Assembly (NCBI GenBank): GCA_043806035.1
Contig: JAZDHK010000022.1
Coordinates: 1 to 13,511 of the forward strand
Origin: an archaeon
Lineage (GTDB): Archaea > Nanobdellota > Nanobdellia > Woesearchaeales > UBA9642
Length of the DNA: 13,511 nucleotides
Reading direction: 5' to 3'
The notes under the pieces were generated by a model. That model did not search any database and was not told the DNA's origin. It saw only the letters and a program-made list of their open reading frames with translations. Shown piece by piece: positions 7,427-13,511 of the stretch (positions are counted from its first letter, which is position 1; every line of letters starts with the position of its first letter). Position numbers and translations under genes: made by a program.

Positions 7427-8373
7427 GACGCGTGTCGCTCATCCTTATCGTGCTGCTTCTTCCCGCAGTTTTGGCCATAGACCATAACTGCAGGATGTGG
7501 GCTGCCGTCGGCAACACGCTCGACGCTCAGCAACAGCTGCTCGAGGGAGGGCACAGCCTCAAACAACTCGGTCAGTATAATAGGAATGGGTGGGGCATGG
7601 TCAGCTACACCAATCAAACAAATGTCTATCGAGGAATCCTGCCTGCTTCCGAGGACACTGCCTTTGACAACGCAGCCATGAACATTTCAGGGAATATCAT
7701 CATCGCCCACGTCCGTGCGTGCAGCTCGGGTTGCTGTGACATCGCAGACCCGCATCCCTTCGTCAAAACGTTCAGAGGAAAGACGTGGAGCCTCGCGCAT
7801 AACGGCAACATAAACAAGGACGTACTGTTCAAGCTAATCGATGATGCCTACTTGCAGGACCATCCCGTTCAAACCTGTCCTGACAATCCCATCGACAGCG
7901 AGCTCTACTTCATCTATCTCGAGAAGCTCATCGAAGAAACGAACGGGAACGTTGAAGACGCGATCTTTCAGGCAACGACGACGCTCATGCAGTACGGGCA
8001 ATCAACCTTGAACATACTGTTCAGCGACGGCACTACCCTCTGGGCATACAAGCAAGGTAACACACTCTATTACACGTATGACATACGGCAAGGCAAGACT
8101 TTCGTCGCATCAGAGCCGTTAAATTCTGGTTGGACCGCTCTTGAGGATGGACAGCTGCTCATCATCAGAGAGGGGGAATTTCCTCTTATCATGGACACCC
8201 AAGAACGTCCTCCCGCTCCTGAGCCAAGCACGCCGATTGTCGAGCAGAGTATTGATGACGCGACAAAGAACATCATCATGATCACCATGGTTTGTGTGAT
8301 GCTGCTGATGCTCATCCTCATGATCATCTTCATGATTAACTCAAGAGTAGAAACACATAAAAAGCCGCGTTGA
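7423..8373 (+). CDS. Exported, C-terminally anchored class II glutamine amidotransferase-like Ntn hydrolase (EgtC/DUG3/YafJ-like)
   Basis: Start reassigned to ATG 7423 (ATGA overlap with the lrp stop). Signal peptide, then CRM, NGWG, AHVR, HPF, AHNG, DSE, LNILFSDG and VASEPL motifs. Pro-rich linker, C-terminal TM helix and basic tail. Confidence 0.85.
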   Translation: MRRVSLILIVLLLPAVLAIDHNCRMWAAVGNTLDAQQQLLEGGHSLKQLGQYNRNGWGMVSYTNQTNVYRGILPASEDTAFDNAAMNISGNIIIAHVRACSSGCCDIADPHPFVKTFRGKTWSLAHNGNINKDVLFKLIDDAYLQDHPVQTCPDNPIDSELYFIYLEKLIEETNGNVEDAIFQATTTLMQYGQSTLNILFSDGTTLWAYKQGNTLYYTYDIRQGKTFVASEPLNSGWTALEDGQLLIIREGEFPLIMDTQERPPAPEPSTPIVEQSIDDATKNIIMITMVCVMLLMLILMIIFMINSRVETHKKPR

Positions 8374-8385
8374 TTTCTCTTTTGC

Positions 8386-9030
8386 ATGTTCGAGACAAAT
8401 TACGTTCCACAACGGTTCAACATACCTGCAATCACGGAAGCATTGCTGACTGTGAAGGAGGACATAGCAGGGCTTCGGAAAGATCCGGAACGGCACGCTC
8501 ACGACTTCCGCAATGGCATCGTCATCGACCGGTTCGTGCAGGGCTTCTCGTACGTCGATTATCTGATTACGCAGGACAAGAATCCGCTGAAAGACCACTA
8601 TCACATCTATGAGCTGGACAAGATCATCGTGTATGGGAATGACTTCCAGGAGTGGATGCGTCACTTCGAGGTGATTGAGAGCGTTCGTGCCCAATTCTCC
8701 TCACGAATTGCCAAGATTGGACAGTACGCACAAAACAAAAATCCGTTCATGCGCGCAGCACAGGCCTTCTCGTACACGTGCTCAAAACCTTTGCCTTTCC
8801 TCGACGGGAACATGCGGACGGCGCTGCTTCTCGCAAATTACGTTCTAGCCAAAGCGGACCTGCCTCCATTCGTTCCCCAAAAAGAGAACGCACGCAACTA
8901 CTTCGACCAAACTGCTGACTTCGAACACATGCACAAACGCAATCCCATCTTGAGGGTACGCATGCACTTGCAGGAATGCGTGCTTGCATTCATGTTCGAG
9001 AAGTCCTCATCATCAGCTTATCTGAAGTGA
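8386..9030 (+). CDS. Fic/Doc-domain protein with degenerate active-site motif
   Basis: LPFLDGNMRTALLLANYVL (from 8791) versus consensus HPFxDGNGRxxR, followed by the typical LPPF segment. Confidence 0.75.
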   Translation: MFETNYVPQRFNIPAITEALLTVKEDIAGLRKDPERHAHDFRNGIVIDRFVQGFSYVDYLITQDKNPLKDHYHIYELDKIIVYGNDFQEWMRHFEVIESVRAQFSSRIAKIGQYAQNKNPFMRAAQAFSYTCSKPLPFLDGNMRTALLLANYVLAKADLPPFVPQKENARNYFDQTADFEHMHKRNPILRVRMHLQECVLAFMFEKSSSSAYLK

Positions 9031-9071
9031 ACGCAACTCAGCCATTTCTGAAAACAGCCTATCATTTTCCG

Positions 9072-9204
9072 GCTTCATCCTGAATTTCTTTCGCATCCCG
9101 CTCCGCACAGCAGTGTAAGCAGGTGCACGCATACGAGCTTTCACGCACTAGCCTCATTTTTGGATTGCTTCGCTCGGGGCTGCCCGAGACTCTCAGGATG
9201 AAGC
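9072..9204. mobile_element. MITE/REP-like element, copy 2 (complete, 133 bp, 12-bp perfect TIRs)
   Basis: GCTTCATCCTGA (9072-9083) / TCAGGATGAAGC (9193-9204), 13 bp here if the flanking G/C is included. Identical inverted copy at 1-129. Intergenic, no ORF. No clear target-site duplication seen. Confidence 0.85.
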
Positions 9205-9220
9205 CATCGTTTCCATAAAA

Positions 9221-9228
9221 TTTATAAG
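9221..9228 (+). promoter_or_regulatory. TATA box of aspS
   Basis: AAAA-TTTATAAG upstream of ATG 9249/9261. Confidence 0.65.
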
Positions 9229-9260
9229 CAATTCTTCGCTGCGCAGTAATGGGTGAATGT

Positions 9261-10565
9261 ATGAGAACGCTGATCGAGGACGTGTACGCACGTAAAGGAA
9301 CGTCTGTCCAGCTCCAAGGCTGGATTCAGGAAATCAGGAACTTGAGCAAGGTCAAGTTCGTCATTCTCAGGGATAGGACGGGAGACATGCAGTGTATTGC
9401 ACTCAAAGGCAAAACGCCTGACGCCGTGTTCGAAAGCATCGCCAAACTCACGAAGGAAAGCGTCATATCCCTCACGGGACAAGTCACGGAGAACAAGGAA
9501 TCCCGTTGGGGCGTCGAAATACTCATCACGGACATCAGCGTCATCAATGAGTCTGCAGCGGTCCTCCCCATCGACAACACGGACAAGAGCAAGACCGAGA
9601 TCGAGAAGCGGCTCGACTACCGCTTCCTCGACACGAGAAACAAGAAAGTGCACACCATTTTCAGCATACGGAGCAAGATTGCCCGCATCCTCACCGATTT
9701 CTTCGATGAAGAAAAATTCACGAACATCAACACGCCAAAAATAACGCGGATAGGCGTAGAGTCAGGAGCATCGCTCTTTGAAGTGAATTACTTCGGCGAT
9801 TCCGCCTACCTGAGCCAGAGCCCGCAGATCTATAAGCAAATGTTTGTAGCGGGAGGATTTGAGCGCGTTTTCGAGCTCGGGGTCGTCTTCAGAGCAGAGA
9901 ATTCCAACACGACGAGGCATCTCACTGAGTTTACGGGCATTGATTTTGAGATGGGCTTCATCAATGACTTCACCGACGTCATGGACATGATCGAGAAGAT
10001 GATGCTGACCCTCCTCCGACGGCTCAAAGCAGAGAGTGCAGAGCAGCTTGCTCTCCTGAACATTACGCTGGACATTCCCGAGCACGTCCCGCGCATCACC
10101 ATGCGAGAGGCAAAAGACTATCTGAGAGCAAAGGGTAAGATCCTGTCGGAAGATGATGATTTTGACGCGGAAGCCGAACGGATGGTCGGCGAGTGGGTCA
10201 AGGAAAAGTACACGTCTGATCTTGTCTTCATAACCCATTATCCCTGGAAGGTGCGACCGTTCTATCACATGCGGACAGAAGGCAAGCCGGATGAGACAAA
10301 AAGCTTCGACATGCTCTATCGTGGTGTAGAAATCGCGACAGGAGCGCAGCGAGAGCATCGTCTCGACGTGTTGCAGGCGCAGGCGGAAGAGAAAGGCGTA
10401 AACTTTGAGGAGATGGAAGCGTACGCGAACATCTTCAAGTACGGCATCCCCCCTCATGGAGGCGTTGGTTTTGGCCTGGACAGGATAACGCAGCGGCTGC
10501 TTGACATCGGCAACATACGCGAGGTTGTGCTCTTGCCTCGAGATCCAAAGCGGGTGAGCCCTTAA
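9261..10565 (+). CDS. aspS: Aspartate--tRNA ligase, archaeal/eukaryotic type
   Basis: OB-fold GWIQEIRNL...FVILRD, RLDYRFLD, YLSQSPQIYKQ, motif 2 FRAENSNTTRHLTEF, GAQREH, motif 3 PPHGGVGFGLDR. RBS GGGTGA (9251-9256) favours ATG 9261; ATG 9249 is also possible. Confidence 0.96.
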   Translation: MRTLIEDVYARKGTSVQLQGWIQEIRNLSKVKFVILRDRTGDMQCIALKGKTPDAVFESIAKLTKESVISLTGQVTENKESRWGVEILITDISVINESAAVLPIDNTDKSKTEIEKRLDYRFLDTRNKKVHTIFSIRSKIARILTDFFDEEKFTNINTPKITRIGVESGASLFEVNYFGDSAYLSQSPQIYKQMFVAGGFERVFELGVVFRAENSNTTRHLTEFTGIDFEMGFINDFTDVMDMIEKMMLTLLRRLKAESAEQLALLNITLDIPEHVPRITMREAKDYLRAKGKILSEDDDFDAEAERMVGEWVKEKYTSDLVFITHYPWKVRPFYHMRTEGKPDETKSFDMLYRGVEIATGAQREHRLDVLQAQAEEKGVNFEEMEAYANIFKYGIPPHGGVGFGLDRITQRLLDIGNIREVVLLPRDPKRVSP

Positions 10566-11467
10566 GTGGTTATGGTGAATTTCTTTTCGAGAAGCGTGCT
10601 TGCCATTCCTCTGCCCGTGCTGAATCCGATCTGGTTCGTGAGTCCAGCAAGTTCCTCGATGAGTGACTTGTGCACAGGATACGTTTTTAACGTGACGGTT
10701 TCATTGAGAACGGCTGCTGATTCCAAATAGGCAATTGCTGTCTTCTCATTGCCTATCTCGTCGATGAGGTGGAGATCAAGGGCTTCGGTGCCGAGATAAA
10801 AGACGCCGGTGCTGATCGTGTCGACTTCATCCTCGGTGAGGTTCCTGTTGTTCTGCACTTCCTCGAGGAAATACGTTTGCATGAGGTCTATCTTCTGCTG
10901 GAGCAGGTTCTTCTCTGCAGAGGAGAGTTTCTTTGCTGGGTTGCCTAGGTCTTTGTACTTGCCCGCCACGAGCCGTTGCTCGGTGATGTTGAACCTGGAG
11001 AGCAAGTCTGCATATTCGAGATAGCTGCCCAGGACACCGACGCTGCCGGTGATGCTCATTCTGCTGGCGATGACGTGGTCTGCGCTGCTTGCCGCCCAGT
11101 ACGCGCCGCTCGTACCCGTCTCCCGAATGAGGGCAACGATGGGTTTTGTCGTTTGGGAAATAGCGTGCGCAATTTCCTCGCTCGCCACGGGACTGCCTCC
11201 AGGGCTGTTGATGTCGAGCAGGATTGCCTTGACGGTTGCATCTTCTTCTGCGCGTGTTATTTGTTCGACGATGTCTGTCGAGGATGCTCCTGCTGTGCCT
11301 AAGAGACTGCTGTCCTCATCGATGGCAATGATGCCATGGAGGGGGATGACGATGACGTTGCCACTGCTTTCTCCTATGCCACTGATGATAATGGCTCCGA
11401 TGATGGCGATGATGATGAGTACTGCTGCGATGAGCACCCCAGACGGTTTTTTTTGTTTTTCTTTCAT
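10562..11467 (-). CDS. sppA: Signal peptide peptidase SppA (peptidase S49, short type)
   Basis: N-terminal TM helix, INSPGGS, TSGAYW (catalytic Ser), TGSVGV, GKYKD (catalytic Lys) and ALDLHLIDEIG. Start is 11467 or 11488. Confidence 0.92.
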   Translation of the reverse strand: MKEKQKKPSGVLIAAVLIIIAIIGAIIISGIGESSGNVIVIPLHGIIAIDEDSSLLGTAGASSTDIVEQITRAEEDATVKAILLDINSPGGSPVASEEIAHAISQTTKPIVALIRETGTSGAYWAASSADHVIASRMSITGSVGVLGSYLEYADLLSRFNITEQRLVAGKYKDLGNPAKKLSSAEKNLLQQKIDLMQTYFLEEVQNNRNLTEDEVDTISTGVFYLGTEALDLHLIDEIGNEKTAIAYLESAAVLNETVTLKTYPVHKSLIEELAGLTNQIGFSTGRGMASTLLEKKFTITT

Positions 11468-11512
11468 GCAAACACTTCTCAAGTTCATCCATGTAGCGCG
11501 TTCATGCAGCGC

Positions 11513-11983
11513 TTAATACGCCTCAAAAAATTCTATATCCCTTGTCTTGGTAAGCTTTTCCATGAAACGATGGCCGAAGATGAGGACATGAACGGGCTCG
11601 ACTATCCAGAGCAGGTAAAAAGGAAAAAGAGGAATGATGAACACATTCCTGATGAGCGTCTTCCAAATGTTCAATTTGCCGTCGAGATAGATCTTCATGA
11701 GCTGCATGCCCAGCGTCTGCCTCCTGTACAGCTCGAAAAGGGCGAAGTAGAGCCAGCTGACGAGCAGGAATAGTCCGAAGGCGAGGTATGCCTTGAGCGG
11801 CAGCTGCAATTGCAGCGCTGAAGAGAACGTTGTCGGCAAGTGGACGCCTGCAAGTGCTATGCTTGCAATAGGCACGAGGAACAGGAAGTAGAGCGCGGCG
11901 ATATCGATGAGCAGGGCGGCAAGCCGTTTTCCCACAGAGGCGGGCTTTGCGAACGTTCGCTTCTTGGGCAGGTTGAGTTCCAT
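11513..11983 (-). CDS. RDD family membrane protein
   Basis: ASVGKRLAALLID, YFALFE..RQTLGMQLMKI, LIRN and a degenerate C-terminus (HRFMEKLTKT). TTTTTAAG at 12012-12005 favours ATG 11983 over 11998. Confidence 0.85.
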   Translation of the reverse strand: MELNLPKKRTFAKPASVGKRLAALLIDIAALYFLFLVPIASIALAGVHLPTTFSSALQLQLPLKAYLAFGLFLLVSWLYFALFELYRRQTLGMQLMKIYLDGKLNIWKTLIRNVFIIPLFPFYLLWIVEPVHVLIFGHRFMEKLTKTRDIEFFEAY

Positions 11984-12074
11984 AACCGTGGAAGTCATCC
12001 TGGGCTTAAAAATATTCTGTTGGCGCTGCCTCGAGGCGCAAGCTATTTAAAGGCAACTCATTTTTCCTCGCATA

Positions 12075-12419
12075 ATGAGCAAAGAGAAAGAAGCGCAGGC
12101 AGCGGCTGAGGAACAGCAGGAGATGATCAGAAAGGTCAGGCTGCCTCGTAACAACGAAAGCATAGGCATTCTCGAATCACGATTGGGAGGGAGCAGGTGC
12201 AAGGTCCGCTGCCTCGACGGCAAGACGAGGAACTGCAGGATTCCCGGCAGGCTCAAGCGCAGATTATGGGTAAGGGCGAACGATGTCGTGCTCGTCGAGC
12301 CGTGGGAGTTCGGCGGTGATGAGAAAGGAGACATTATCTTCAAGTACTTGCCTATCCAGGTGCAGTGGCTCAGGCAGAAGGGCTATCTTGACAAGTTACA
12401 AAATCTTGAAGAGTTCTAA
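12075..12419 (+). CDS. eif1a: Translation initiation factor aIF-1A
   Basis: VRLP...[61 protein letters not shown] box at 12046-12051. Confidence 0.96.
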   Translation: MSKEKEAQAAAEEQQEMIRKVRLPRNNESIGILESRLGGSRCKVRCLDGKTRNCRIPGRLKRRLWVRANDVVLVEPWEFGGDEKGDIIFKYLPIQVQWLRQKGYLDKLQNLEEF

Positions 12420-12420
12420 G

Positions 12421-12861
12421 ATGAAAAGGCAGCATGTGGTGTTTGCCGGCATTTTTTTCTTGCTTCTCCTGTTGGATAGGGTGACGAAGACGCTTATCCT
12501 GCATGATCCGAGCAAGCAGTCGTTTGGCTTGTTCGATCTCACGCTCGTGCAGAATACGGGCATGAGCTTCGGCCTTCTTTCTTCATGGGGGGTTGTGTTT
12601 ACCGTGCTTGCCGTGCTTGCACTGCTCGTGCTTGGTTTCTTCTATGTGCGACAGGAAACGTACAGGCCGTTGCTTGTCGTCATCAGCGCAGGCATTCTGG
12701 GAAATCTCCTTGACAGACTCTTGTACGGATTCGTCATCGACATCATTGACTTCAGGTGGTTTCCCGTCTTCAATCTTGCAGACTGCATGATCAGCATCGG
12801 TGTTCTCGGATTAGTTGTGCAGTCGTGGCTTGCGGAAAAAAAGAACAAGAACCGAAGATAG
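12421..12861 (+). CDS. lspA: Signal peptidase II (lipoprotein signal peptidase, peptidase A8)
   Basis: Start reassigned to ATG 12421. Motifs LDRVTK, NTGMSFG, GILGNLLDRL, VIDII and FNLAD with both catalytic Asp residues; four hydrophobic segments. Confidence 0.9.
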   Translation: MKRQHVVFAGIFFLLLLLDRVTKTLILHDPSKQSFGLFDLTLVQNTGMSFGLLSSWGVVFTVLAVLALLVLGFFYVRQETYRPLLVVISAGILGNLLDRLLYGFVIDIIDFRWFPVFNLADCMISIGVLGLVVQSWLAEKKNKNRR

Positions 12862-12880
12862 ATGAGGAACGTGCGTATTG

Positions 12881-13315
12881 CTACCAGTACTTTCCCGCGT
12901 TGGCCTTCTCTCCTTCTGCAATCATCTCTATGCGCCGGATGCGTTGGCTGATGCTGTCCAACTCTGATTTTATGGCGTCCATCTTGAGACTAAGAATCTC
13001 AACATCCTTATTGGTGAGCGAGTGCTCTTGCGCCCTCGGCAGATCAGTACCAAAGGGTTGGCTGAACTGCTGGCTGAAGCTCGGCCCTGACGCGTATGGA
13101 TTCTGCTGCGCCTGGGGTTGCATGCCGAACTGGCCTGCCTGATTCTGCTGCTGATTGAATTGTCCTTGTGGGAAGGAGCCTTGCTGGAAGGAAAGCTGGT
13201 TGGGGTCGTTGTCGAACTGCGGCGCAAAAGAAGGATTCGTGAACAACGGATCGTTCTTAATGTCAGTAAGGTCATCGTGCTTCTTCCAGAATTGCAACTT
13301 ACCGAAAAATCCCAA
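12881..13315 (-). CDS. Hypothetical protein: amphipathic N-terminus, Q/F/P/N low-complexity linker, C-terminal coiled coil
   Basis: RBS GAGGTGA (13326-13320) before TTG and TTTTAAA box at 13356-13350. MGFFGKLQFWKK start and heptad-like VEILSLKMDAIKSELDSISQRIRRIE. Confidence 0.8.
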   Translation of the reverse strand: MGFFGKLQFWKKHDDLTDIKNDPLFTNPSFAPQFDNDPNQLSFQQGSFPQGQFNQQQNQAGQFGMQPQAQQNPYASGPSFSQQFSQPFGTDLPRAQEHSLTNKDVEILSLKMDAIKSELDSISQRIRRIEMIAEGEKANAGKYW

Positions 13316-13428
13316 TGGCTCACCTCTCCCTGCTCAGTGCACGTTCCTGTTTAAAAGGATTTCGTTCGAGACAGTATCTCCGTAGGGTTGTGTGGTGGTT
13401 GAGCGCTCTGTCTTTTGTGGTGGAGGTG

Positions 13429-13511
13429 TGGCCTTTTTGATCTCGCTGCCGATCGGGCATATCCACACGTTCTGTCGAGGTGTAGATATCAGGCGTGATC
13501 AAGAAAGGCCA
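13429..13511 (-). other. Structured non-coding segment (long stem enclosing two hairpins), running to the window end
   Basis: TGGCCTTTTTGATCTCGCTG (13429-13448) pairs imperfectly with CAGGCGTGATCAAGAAAGGCCA (13490-13511). The inner 10-bp stem 13459-13468 / 13480-13489 pairs fully, via a G-U, only on the minus strand. Confidence 0.45.

Noticed and set aside
6330-8373. Ergothioneine pathway (EgtD-like methyltransferase plus EgtC)
   Set aside because: The methyltransferase domain is short and not recognisably EgtD-like, there is no EgtB or EgtA in the window, and the hydrolase appears to be exported.
9061-9214. Target-site duplication around element copy 2 (ATCATTTTCC versus ATCGTTTCC)
   Set aside because: The flanks are similar but not identical and do not abut both TIRs symmetrically, so a TSD cannot be called.
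2584-10565. Convergent gene overlaps (2584-2606, 4115-4140, 10562-10565)
   Set aside because: Ordinary for a compact archaeal genome.
1287-12035. Frequent CTCGAG/TCGA words (at least 11 CTCGAG)
   Set aside because: Largely explained by codon usage, such as CTC-GAG for Leu-Glu, with no regular spacing.
12283-12420. N-terminal extension of the lspA ORF
   Set aside because: It overlaps aIF-1A. LspA similarity begins at ATG 12421.
13320-13502. 60-aa minus-strand ORF
   Set aside because: It runs through the promoter and RBS of the 12881-13315 gene, has no recognisable features, and coincides with a stem-loop region.
1-13511. CRISPR array, tRNA or rRNA genes, transposase or integrase
   Set aside because: No regularly spaced direct repeats, cloverleaf, rRNA signature or recombinase motifs were seen.

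Overview
Compact archaeal genomic window, most likely from a DPANN (Woesearchaeota/Pacearchaeota-like) organism. This rests on an archaeal-type AspRS, aIF-1A, TATA-type promoters about 21-24 nt before many start codons, GGTGA-type RBSs and a bacterial-type LspA. About 15 protein genes are present: an AbrB/MazE-domain regulator, a compact Ski2/HelY-type helicase, three hypotheticals, a secreted His/Pro-rich protein, an NT5C-type HAD nucleotidase, an APC amino-acid permease fused to a SAM-dependent methyltransferase, an Lrp/AsnC regulator, an exported membrane-anchored class II glutamine amidotransferase-like Ntn hydrolase, a degenerate Fic protein, aspS, sppA, an RDD protein, aIF-1A and lspA. 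The main non-coding feature is a 133-bp MITE/REP-like element with 12-bp terminal inverted repeats, present as two identical inverted copies (1-129, truncated by the window edge, and 9072-9204). In both copies a TIR end lies exactly 16 nt upstream of a TTTATAA box. Best candidates for new biology are this promoter-adjacent element and the permease-methyltransferase / Lrp / exported Ntn-hydrolase module. All family assignments come from reading motifs by eye; no database search was run.
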